A stretch of DNA of 64,000 nt from the NCBI GenBank assembly GCA_026393895.1, contig JAPKZG010000092.1:6246-70245 (forward strand), written 5' to 3'. Position 1 is the stretch's first letter, and the number at the start of each line of letters is the position of its first letter. The DNA is from Candidatus Aminicenantes bacterium. GTDB taxonomy: Bacteria > Acidobacteriota > Aminicenantia > Aminicenantales > UBA4085. The notes beneath the pieces are model-generated. The model saw only the letters and a list, made by a program, of their open reading frames with translations, was not told where the DNA came from and did no database searches. Positions 9,782-17,802 of this stretch are shown piece by piece. A program made the position numbers and the translations under genes.

Positions 9782-10438
9782 TTATTTCTTTTTTTCGAGG
9801 GCTTCCAGGGCCTCTTTATACGTTTCCGGGTTGAGGGTGCCGAAGGTTACCATTTTATTGTAATTTTCGAGCGCGCCGATGTACTGATTGCCTTTGACGG
9901 CGGCGGGCGACATCTTCCATTCGTTGGGCGCGATAAAAGCAAAGACATACTTGACGTACTGTTTTTGGACAGAATACGTCCAGACCTCGGCCCGATAGGC
10001 CTGGACGTCTTCATTGCTGCGATCGACCCCACCAGTGGCAGGTTGGCCGAGTTGCATGCCCCAGTCCGAGTTCTGATCGATGTCGATGGATGCCGGGGGC
10101 CCGTTGAGAATGTAAATCCTGGCCCGGTCGGTGTTCCAAGGCTGGCGGGAATTCTCTCTCTTGAAGGCGTTCATGATGTAGCTCAGCCTTTCCTGGAATA
10201 TCGTCCTGGACGCGGGATCTCTGGCGGCCCAGAAGAGATCCTGGAAATCTTTTTTCCCAGTCTCGGACAGCGTCCGATAGATGGTCTTCTCAAAATCCTG
10301 CATGATGGAATAGTGCTGGGTATACCAGACGTCTTTGGTCGGCATCATGTTGAGCCCGCACGAAGCCAGCAAAACAAGAGCAAGCAATACACCCGCCGCT
10401 CCCCGAAGGGATTTTAAAGCGACTCTTAATTGAGTCAT
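9782..10438 (-). CDS. Divergent GWxTD-like lipoprotein
   Basis: Lipobox LLASC; FWAARDP..PWNTDRARIYILNGPP..EVWTY. Confidence 0.78.
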   Translation of the reverse strand: MTQLRVALKSLRGAAGVLLALVLLASCGLNMMPTKDVWYTQHYSIMQDFEKTIYRTLSETGKKDFQDLFWAARDPASRTIFQERLSYIMNAFKRENSRQPWNTDRARIYILNGPPASIDIDQNSDWGMQLGQPATGGVDRSNEDVQAYRAEVWTYSVQKQYVKYVFAFIAPNEWKMSPAAVKGNQYIGALENYNKMVTFGTLNPETYKEALEALEKKK

Positions 10439-10524
10439 GCCTCATCTCCTTTTCTTCTCATTGTCCTGATAGGTAACAGAATGATGTGATATCCCCTGAC
10501 AGACTCCCGGTAGGAAGCCGCTAG

Positions 10525-10590
10525 GCCTCCGCGATTTTCCACGCCGGTAATGTACTTCCAGTTGCTCGGCGATGTCAATTTCAGCGAAAC
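10525..10590 (-). repeat. Copy 2 of the ~66-bp promoter-containing repeat (TTGACA-N18-TACATT)
   Basis: Matches 1362-1427. Confidence 0.85.
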
Positions 10591-10604
10591 TCGCCGTCCC
10601 CGAA

Positions 10605-12362
10605 TTACTTCAGCTTCAGCCCCAGCTCGGTCAACTGGCGTTCGTCGACTTCCGAAGGTGAGTTCGTCATCAAATCCAGGGCGCTTGTCGTTTTCGGGAA
10701 GGGAATGACCTCGCGGATGGACTCCTCCCCGGCCAGAATCATGACCAGCCGGTCGAAACCGAAGGCAATCCCGCCGTGCGGCGGGGCGCCGAAACTCAGG
10801 GCTTCGAGGAAGTAGCCGAATTTCTCTTCGGTTTCCTTGTCCGACAAGCCCAGCGCCTTGAAGATCCGGCGCTGGAGGTCCATGTCATGGATACGGATCG
10901 AACCGCCGCCGACTTCGACGCCGTTGAGAATGAGGTCGTAGGCCTTGGCCCGGACGGCCGCCGGCTCGGTTTCTAAAAGCGGAACATCCTCATCAACGGG
11001 AGAAGTGAACGGATGATGCATGGAGACGTGCCGGCGTTCCTCCTCGCTCCATTCGAACAATGGAAAGTCCGTCACCCAGGCGAATTTGAGCATTTTCTTT
11101 TTAGCCGCTTCGTCCATCGGCCAGGTCCGGCGGATCTCGCCAAGCACTTTAAGGGCCGCGGCCTTTTTATCGGCCACGAACAAGGCGAGGTCGCCGTCGT
11201 CGCCGCCGAGTGAAGCCCAGAGCTTGAGGAAATCGGGCTCGGCCAGTTTCAAGGACGACTTCCAGCCGTCCTGCTTCTTGATCCAGAACAGACCCTTGGC
11301 CCCGAGCGACTTGGCCTTGTCATTCAATTTATCCAGCTGGCTGCGAGAATAATTTGCGGCCCCCGGGATGAGCAGGCCTTTCAGCTCCGCGCCCGCGCCC
11401 AACGCTCCCCGGATGAGGTCGGAAGCGATGTCGCGCCCCACCGCCGTCAGGTCCTTCATCTCCAACGGGACCCGGAGGTCGGGCTTGTCCGTTCCATATT
11501 TTTCCATCGCTTCGGCATAGGACAGACGCGGAAAGGGGCGGGAGATTTTTTGGCCGGAAAGGGCGAAAATCGCCTCCATCAATCCTTCGTTGAGCCCGAA
11601 AAATTCCTCGCGGTCGATGAAGCTCATCTCGATGTCGATCTGGGTGAATTCGGGCTGGCGATCGGCCCGGAGATCCTCGTCGCGGAAACAGCGGACGATC
11701 TGGAAATAACGGTCGAACCCCGAGATCATCAGCGTCTGCTTGAACTGCTGGGGCGATTGGGGAAGCGCGTAAAAACGTCCCTTGTACACCCGGCTCGGGA
11801 CGAGATAATCGCGAGCGCCCTCGGGCGTGGGGTTGGCCAGAATCGGGGTTTCGATTTCGAGGAACCCGTTTCGGCTCATATAATTGCGGACGGCCAGGGC
11901 GGCGTCGTGTCGGAGACGGATCTGGCGCTGCATCTTCGGCCGGCGCAGGTCGAGATACCGGTACTTGAACCGCAACTCCTCCGACGCCTGCGGCGGATCG
12001 GTAATCTGAAACGGCGGGAGCTTGGAAACGGCAAACACGCGAAGGCCGAGGGCTGCGACCTCGACGTCCCCCGTCGGCATTTCCGGGTTGACGGCCGAGC
12101 GGCGCCGGACGCGGCCGCGGACGCCGACGACCGATTCGTTCCGGAGTTTCTTGGCCTCCTCCATCAATTCGGGTTTATCCGATTGAAAGACGACCTGGGC
12201 CAGGCCTTCGCGGTCGCGGATATCGACAAAGACCAGGTGGCCCATGTCCCGGGTTTTCTGAACCCAGCCGCAAAGGACGACGTCCCGGCCCTCGTCGGCG
12301 GGCCGCAGGGCGCCGGCATAATCAGTCCGTTTCCAGGTCGCGCGTTCGGTTTCATCGCTCAT
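10605..12362 (-). CDS. aspS: Aspartate--tRNA ligase
   Basis: OB-fold N-terminus; YRYLDLRR, LPQSPQ, CFRDEDLRADRQPEFTQ, PPHGGIAFGFDR. Confidence 0.97.
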   Translation of the reverse strand: MSDETERATWKRTDYAGALRPADEGRDVVLCGWVQKTRDMGHLVFVDIRDREGLAQVVFQSDKPELMEEAKKLRNESVVGVRGRVRRRSAVNPEMPTGDVEVAALGLRVFAVSKLPPFQITDPPQASEELRFKYRYLDLRRPKMQRQIRLRHDAALAVRNYMSRNGFLEIETPILANPTPEGARDYLVPSRVYKGRFYALPQSPQQFKQTLMISGFDRYFQIVRCFRDEDLRADRQPEFTQIDIEMSFIDREEFFGLNEGLMEAIFALSGQKISRPFPRLSYAEAMEKYGTDKPDLRVPLEMKDLTAVGRDIASDLIRGALGAGAELKGLLIPGAANYSRSQLDKLNDKAKSLGAKGLFWIKKQDGWKSSLKLAEPDFLKLWASLGGDDGDLALFVADKKAAALKVLGEIRRTWPMDEAAKKKMLKFAWVTDFPLFEWSEEERRHVSMHHPFTSPVDEDVPLLETEPAAVRAKAYDLILNGVEVGGGSIRIHDMDLQRRIFKALGLSDKETEEKFGYFLEALSFGAPPHGGIAFGFDRLVMILAGEESIREVIPFPKTTSALDLMTNSPSEVDERQLTELGLKLK

Positions 12363-12456
12363 CGGAATCTCGCTTTTTAGAGGAGTCTGGCCGTTATTCT
12401 AGAGGATTTCGAACGGGTTGTCCAAAAGGAGAACAAAAAAGAATCGGCGGCCCGCG

Positions 12457-13728
12457 TTATCCGACCCGGCCTTGAAGGGCGGCCAGGAGGACCCGGGGCG
12501 ATCCGGACGTTTGCGTTCCCGTGGCCATGTCCTTGAGAAGAAATTCGCCCTTGGCCAGCTCATCCTCGCCGATGATCAGGACCCAGGACGCCCCGAGCTT
12601 GTCGGCCCGGCCGAATTGGCTTTTAAAACCCCGTCCGGCAAACTCGACGAGGGTCTCGACCCCGCCGACGCGGAACAGGCGGGCCAGCTCGACGGCCTTG
12701 GCTTTCGCCGCATCCCCGGCATGGACGACATAGACGAACTTCCGCGGCTCGGGTTTGAAGGAAAGCATGGCGATCAGCCGCTCGACGCCGCAGGCGAATC
12801 CGATGCCGCAGATGTCCGGCCCGCCGAAGTCCTTCATCATGTCGTCGTAGCGGCCGCCGCCCAAAACGGCGTTCTGCTGGCCGCCGCCCCGGTTGATCAC
12901 TTCGAAGGCGGTCTTCGTGTAGTAATCGAGGCCGCGGACGAGGTTCGGCTCGACGCGGTGAGGAATCCCGGCGAGACCGAGATATTTCCGGACTTCGGCG
13001 AAATGATCCCGGCATTCGGAACATAGAAATTCCATGATTTGAGGAAATTCCTTGGCCAGCGCCCGGCACAACTCGACCTTGCAGTCGAAGATCCGGAGGG
13101 GGTTGATGTCGATTTTCCGCCGGCAGTCCTCGCACAGGCCGCCGCGAACTTTTTCGGCCTGGGCTCGAAGCGCCCGGGAATACCCGGGCCGGCAGGCTTT
13201 GCACCCCACGGAATTGACGAGGATTTCGGTTTCGGCGACGCCCAGAACGCGCAAAAGCGTGTCGGCCATTTCGATGATTTCGGCGTCGACAGCCGGGTCC
13301 TTTTCGGCGAATACTTCGACGTCGATCTGATGAAACTGCCGGTAGCGTCCCTTCTGGGGCTTGTCGTAGTGGAACATCGGGCCGATGTAGTAATACCGCA
13401 TCGGCGTTCCCAGCAGGTCGAGCCGGTGTTCGACGATGGCCCGGGCCACCGACGGCGTGTATTCCGGCCGGAGGGTGATCGACCGGCCGCCCTTGTCGAC
13501 GAAGGTGTACATTTCCTTCGTGACGACGTCGGTCGTCCGGCCCGTTCCCTTCTCGAAGAGTTCGGTATGTTCGATGATCGGCGCCCGCAATTCGCGGTAG
13601 CCGTAGCTTTCAAACAGCCGGGTCGCCGTCGTCTCGACTTTTTGCCAGATTTCCACTTCGCCCGGAAGGATGTCGTGGGTGCCTTTGACGGCAGCGAGTT
13701 CCTTTTTCGGAGCTTGGTCTGAACTCAC
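12457..13728 (-). CDS. hisS: Histidine--tRNA ligase (motif-2 Arg appears as His)
   Basis: KGTHD, KEMYTF, LRPEYT, PQKGRYRQFHQ, LVRGLDYY, GGGRYD. Confidence 0.95.
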   Translation of the reverse strand: MSSDQAPKKELAAVKGTHDILPGEVEIWQKVETTATRLFESYGYRELRAPIIEHTELFEKGTGRTTDVVTKEMYTFVDKGGRSITLRPEYTPSVARAIVEHRLDLLGTPMRYYYIGPMFHYDKPQKGRYRQFHQIDVEVFAEKDPAVDAEIIEMADTLLRVLGVAETEILVNSVGCKACRPGYSRALRAQAEKVRGGLCEDCRRKIDINPLRIFDCKVELCRALAKEFPQIMEFLCSECRDHFAEVRKYLGLAGIPHRVEPNLVRGLDYYTKTAFEVINRGGGQQNAVLGGGRYDDMMKDFGGPDICGIGFACGVERLIAMLSFKPEPRKFVYVVHAGDAAKAKAVELARLFRVGGVETLVEFAGRGFKSQFGRADKLGASWVLIIGEDELAKGEFLLKDMATGTQTSGSPRVLLAALQGRVG

Positions 13729-14696
13729 GAGACGACGTAGACCCCCATCTTGCGGAACTTGGCATAGCGCTCGTCGACGAGATCGTCGGCCGTTTTGGCT
13801 TTGAGCTTGGTCAGCGTCTGGTGGACGATTTTATCCGTGTTTTTAAAGGTCGTTTCGGGATCGATATGCGCGCCGCCCGGCGGCTCGGGGATGATCTTAT
13901 CGATGACCCCGAGCTTCAGCAAGTCGGCGGCCCGTATATGCAGGTTCTCGGCGGCTTGCTGGACGGCCGACTGGTCTTTCCAGAGGATGGCCGCGCAGCC
14001 TTCGGGAGAGATGACCGAATAATAGGCGTTCTCGAGCATGAGGATCTGGTCCCCGACGCCGATCCCCAGCGCGCCGCCGCTTCCGCCTTCACCGATGATG
14101 ACGCAGACGATCGGGACGCGGAGGCCGGACATGACCTTCAGGTTGAAGGCGATCGCTTCGGCCTGGCCCCGCTCTTCGGCCCCGATGCCCGGGTACGCGC
14201 CTTGCGTGTCGATGAAGGTAATGACCGGGAATCCGAATTTTTCCGCTTCCCGGAAGACGCGGTAGGCCTTGCGGTACCCTTCGGGGTTCATCTGGCCGAA
14301 GTTACGGTCGATGCGTTCGCGGGTCGTCCGGCCTTTCTGATGGCCCATCACGGCGACGGTCTGGCCTTTATAGAACGCCAGGCCGGCGACCAGCGCCGGG
14401 TCGTCGCCGAACCGGCGGTCGCCGTGCATTTCCATGAAATCGGTCATCAGCGCGTTGATGTATTCGAGGGTCAGCGGCCGCTTGGGATGACGGGCGACCT
14501 GGACGATCTGGCTCGGGATCAGCCGGGGCTGGAGTTTCTGCCATTCGGTTTCGATTTCGAGACGGAGGGCGGCGACTTTTTCCTTGAATCCGGGCTCGCC
14601 GGCCAGAAGAAGGGCGTCGATCTGCTCCTTCAGGGCGGCGATCGGCTTTTCGAGCGCGTAAAAATCCTCAGGTTTTGTCATCGAACTCTCTGCCAT
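13725..14696 (-). CDS. accA: Acetyl-CoA carboxylase carboxyltransferase alpha subunit
   Basis: ARHPKRP, HGDRRFGDD, PEGYRKA, AEERGQ, GEGGSGGALG. Confidence 0.96.
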   Translation of the reverse strand: MAESSMTKPEDFYALEKPIAALKEQIDALLLAGEPGFKEKVAALRLEIETEWQKLQPRLIPSQIVQVARHPKRPLTLEYINALMTDFMEMHGDRRFGDDPALVAGLAFYKGQTVAVMGHQKGRTTRERIDRNFGQMNPEGYRKAYRVFREAEKFGFPVITFIDTQGAYPGIGAEERGQAEAIAFNLKVMSGLRVPIVCVIIGEGGSGGALGIGVGDQILMLENAYYSVISPEGCAAILWKDQSAVQQAAENLHIRAADLLKLGVIDKIIPEPPGGAHIDPETTFKNTDKIVHQTLTKLKAKTADDLVDERYAKFRKMGVYVVS

Positions 14697-14714
14697 GTGG
14701 AATGATACCCTGAT

Positions 14715-14744
14715 ATTCTATAGGCCGTCCCGAAGTCCTGTCAA
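14715..14744 (-). promoter_or_regulatory. sigma70-type promoter for accA-hisS
   Basis: TTGACA-N18-TAGAAT. Confidence 0.65.
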
Positions 14745-14966
14745 GGGAAGGACGAGGATCCCACTCCGCTCCGGCCCTCATCTCCCTCTCCTCTTTCCCA
14801 ACAGGCACAAAGGATCTGGGGGAAGGCGCCGCGCTATTGGTTATCGAGCCGGGAGAAATGATTTAAGAGGAAATCGACCGAAGTAAAAAAGACATTCGTC
14901 TAAACATCAAGACAGCACTTCGGAGCAAAGGCGGGAAGGATTCGGCTCAAACGCAAAGAAAGCGGA

Positions 14967-15182
14967 TCAGGCGGCTGGTTTCGTCTTTTTTTTCGTCGAA
15001 ATCCGGAACGGCACGTAAAGCGGACAGAACCCGATAAGACTCGTCACGATGAAGACGATCGCCAGGACACCCAAAACGATCGCGAGAGTTCCGTTGATCT
15101 GTTTGGTTAGGTAGAGGACCGCGATCACGGCGGCGACAATGAGCCGGATGACCCGGTCGACCGGACCCATGTTGGTTTTCAT
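14967..15182 (-). CDS. DUF2892/YgaP-like small membrane protein
   Basis: NMG.VDR.IR..two TM segments..GFCPLY; start at ATG 15182 after AGGAG. Confidence 0.85.
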   Translation of the reverse strand: MKTNMGPVDRVIRLIVAAVIAVLYLTKQINGTLAIVLGVLAIVFIVTSLIGFCPLYVPFRISTKKKTKPAA

Positions 15183-15338
15183 CACTTTTTCTCCTTTCCG
15201 ACGGGCAAACGCCTTGTCTTTGCCTAATAAGTAGTTCTTTAGAGGAAAAACGTCAAGATGCGGACTTCGTGATGCGGGTCGGATACTCCCCGGATCCCGG
15301 GGCAATTCGGGGACAGGTGACTCAAATCCCGAATTCTC

Positions 15339-15830
15339 TCAGGCCAGACGCCGGGCGAAATCGCGGACGGCCGCTTCGTCAAACTTCGAGACCGAGGCGG
15401 AGACCTTCGCGACCTTCCGGACGATGGTCCGTTCGAGGAAGTTCATTTTGTCAAAATCGAAGGCGCCCCCGAAATGGGCGACCGCGGCGGCGCCTGAAAT
15501 CAGGTCGGCCGGAAAAGCCTTTTCGAGCTGCTGGCGGGCTTTTTCGCCCTCCTCCATGCAACTGACGAACAGCCCCAGTTTCTTTTGACGCAGGACGTCG
15601 CGGTTTTTTTCGCAGAACACTCGGACGGATTTCTGGATCATTCCGGCGTGGATGGACCCGCCGACGACGACCGTGTCGTAGGCGTCCAGGCCCGGGGACG
15701 GGTCCGTCTTCAACTCGGAAAGGATGGCGCCGGGAAGAAGCGAGGCCAGGATCTCGGCGTATTTGCGGGTGCAGCCGTGTGTGGTGGCGTAAACGATCAA
15801 CGTTTTCACGCGAACCTCCTCGATCTTCAT
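15339..15830 (-). CDS. Flavodoxin-domain protein (HemG/Flavodoxin_5-like)
   Basis: LIVYATTHGCTRKYA; YDTVVVGGSIHAG; FGGAFD. Confidence 0.85.
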   Translation of the reverse strand: MKIEEVRVKTLIVYATTHGCTRKYAEILASLLPGAILSELKTDPSPGLDAYDTVVVGGSIHAGMIQKSVRVFCEKNRDVLRQKKLGLFVSCMEEGEKARQQLEKAFPADLISGAAAVAHFGGAFDFDKMNFLERTIVRKVAKVSASVSKFDEAAVRDFARRLA

Positions 15831-15891
15831 CCGAAATCTTATACGGCAACGAAGAAAATTGGTTTTCCCGTACTATTCCCCGTTTCGATAT

Positions 15892-16623
15892 TCAGCGGCG
15901 GGAAGCGGCCGCCCGTTGCCGGACAACTTCAAAGAAAAAAATCGAAGCGGCCGAGGCGACGTTAAGGGAATTGACCTTGCCCCGCATGGGGATGGAGAGG
16001 ACCCGGTCGCATTTCTTCCGGATCAGCGGGCGAAGGCCGCTTCCTTCCGAGCCGAGGACGACAGCCACAGGCTCGGTGTAATCGAACTCAAAGAACAACC
16101 CGTCGCCGCCGCTTTCCGCCCCGACGAGCCAAAATCCGCGTTTTTTCAGTAATTCCATAGTCTGGGCGAGATTGGGGACGCGGGCGATCCGGAGATGTTC
16201 GAGGGCCCCGGCGGAAACCTCGAAGACGGTCTCCGTCAGGCCGGCCGAACGGCGTTCGGGAAGCACCACCCCGTCCGCCCCGGCGCCTTCGGCGCTCCGG
16301 AGGATGGCTCCCAGGTTCTGGGGGTCTTCGATCTCGTCAAGAAGGACGAGGAAGGGGGCGGGGCCGGCGGTAGCGAGAATTTCCTCGAGCGTGACATATT
16401 CCTTGGGCGAGAGAAGCGCGACGACGCCCTGGTGGTGGGGCGACATCTTGTCGAGGGCCTGTTTTGGCAGGAACAGGTAGGGAATATGGTTCGTCTTGGC
16501 CAGGCCGATGATCGTCCCGAGCGGCCGATGGCCTTCCTCTTTCTGGAGAAAGAGCTTGTTGACCCGCTTGGGCGAGGCCTTGAGGATTTCGACGACGGGA
16601 TTGATGCGGTTGATTTGATCCAT
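15892..16623 (-). CDS. rlmB: 23S rRNA (Gm2251) 2'-O-methyltransferase, TrmH/SpoU family
   Basis: HQGVVA, DPQNLGAILRSA, GSEGSG, IPM.G.VNSLNVA. Confidence 0.92.
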   Translation of the reverse strand: MDQINRINPVVEILKASPKRVNKLFLQKEEGHRPLGTIIGLAKTNHIPYLFLPKQALDKMSPHHQGVVALLSPKEYVTLEEILATAGPAPFLVLLDEIEDPQNLGAILRSAEGAGADGVVLPERRSAGLTETVFEVSAGALEHLRIARVPNLAQTMELLKKRGFWLVGAESGGDGLFFEFDYTEPVAVVLGSEGSGLRPLIRKKCDRVLSIPMRGKVNSLNVASAASIFFFEVVRQRAAASRR

Positions 16624-16725
16624 GATCGCTCCCCGCGATTATACGCCGTTTCCTCCCCTTCAAAAATAGTTGTTGAGCGGGACGGCGCTGAATTGTATAA
16701 TACCGCGAACTTTCGGAGCCCTCCC

Positions 16726-17802
16726 ATGAAAGCGGTCCTCGTTCTTGAAGACGGCAGCGTCTGGCCGGGCGAAGGTTTCGGATCCTTCGCCAAGGTCTCG
16801 GGGGAAGTTGTTTTCAATACCGGGATGGTCGGCTACCCCGAATCCATCACGGACCCGTCCTATCACGGCCAGATTCTTTGCCAGACTTATCCCCTGATAG
16901 GGAATTACGGCGTTTCCTCTAAATCCTTTGAATCCGACAAGCCCAAGATCCAGGGATATGTCGTCAGCGAACACTGCGAAGCCCCGTCCCACGCCTCATC
17001 GGAAAAGAGCCTTGACGTCTGGTTCAAGGAAAACAGTATCCCCGGGATCGCCGGCCTCGATACCCGGGCCTTGACCAAGAAGCTCCGCCTCCACGGCGTC
17101 ATGCTCGGAATCCTCGAGACGTATTACACCAAGGTCGACCTGGCCGCCCTGCGCCGCGAAGCCCGCTTGATCCCGGACCCGAACAAACGCCACCTCGTCG
17201 GAGAAATGACGGTCAAAAAAATCAAAGTCTACAACCGCGACGGGGCCAAAACCGTCGTCTTGATCGATTGCGGGGCGAAGCTCAATATCCTCCAAAGCCT
17301 CCTCCGCCGCGGGTTGAAGGTCGTCCGGGTGCCGGACGACACGCCGGCCGCCAAAATCCTCGAATATGCTCCCGACGGCCTCTTCATCTCGAACGGGCCC
17401 GGCGATCCAAAAAAATGCGCGGCGACGATCGAAACCCTCCGCTTTTTCCTGCAGGGCCGGATTCCGATCTTCGGCATCTGTCTCGGCCACCAGTTGCTCT
17501 CACTCGCGGCGGGCGCCGACACCTACAAGCTCAAGTTCGGCCACCGGAGCCAGAACCAGCCTTGTCTCGAAGAAGGAACGAAGCGCTGCTACATCACCAG
17601 CCAGAACCACGGGTATGCGGTGGATGTCCGCGCCCTCCCCAAGGATTGGCATCCCTGGTTCACCAACGCCAACGACGACACGAACGAGGGCGTCCGCCAC
17701 ATCTCCAAACCGTTTTTCAGCGTTCAATTTCACCCGGAAGCCGCGCCCGGGCCGACCGACACGGATTTCCTGTTCGACCGTTTTTGCGGGATGCTCGGAT
17801 GA
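16726..17802 (+). CDS. carA: Carbamoyl-phosphate synthase small subunit
   Basis: GEVVFNTGMVGY, SNGPGDP, GICLGHQ, SVQFHPEA; start at ATG 16726. Confidence 0.96.
   Translation: MKAVLVLEDGSVWPGEGFGSFAKVSGEVVFNTGMVGYPESITDPSYHGQILCQTYPLIGNYGVSSKSFESDKPKIQGYVVSEHCEAPSHASSEKSLDVWFKENSIPGIAGLDTRALTKKLRLHGVMLGILETYYTKVDLAALRREARLIPDPNKRHLVGEMTVKKIKVYNRDGAKTVVLIDCGAKLNILQSLLRRGLKVVRVPDDTPAAKILEYAPDGLFISNGPGDPKKCAATIETLRFFLQGRIPIFGICLGHQLLSLAAGADTYKLKFGHRSQNQPCLEEGTKRCYITSQNHGYAVDVRALPKDWHPWFTNANDDTNEGVRHISKPFFSVQFHPEAAPGPTDTDFLFDRFCGMLG

Noticed and set aside
14750-15300. Possible riboswitch or ncRNA (GGCAAAC/GCAAAG fragments)
   Set aside because: The fragments do not assemble into a c-di-GMP aptamer or any other fold I recognise.
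16195-17798. Track N-terminal extensions of carA/carB (also envC-like, atpA, folC, surA-like, speE)
   Set aside because: They overlap upstream genes; conserved N-termini and RBS or overlap patterns indicate later starts.
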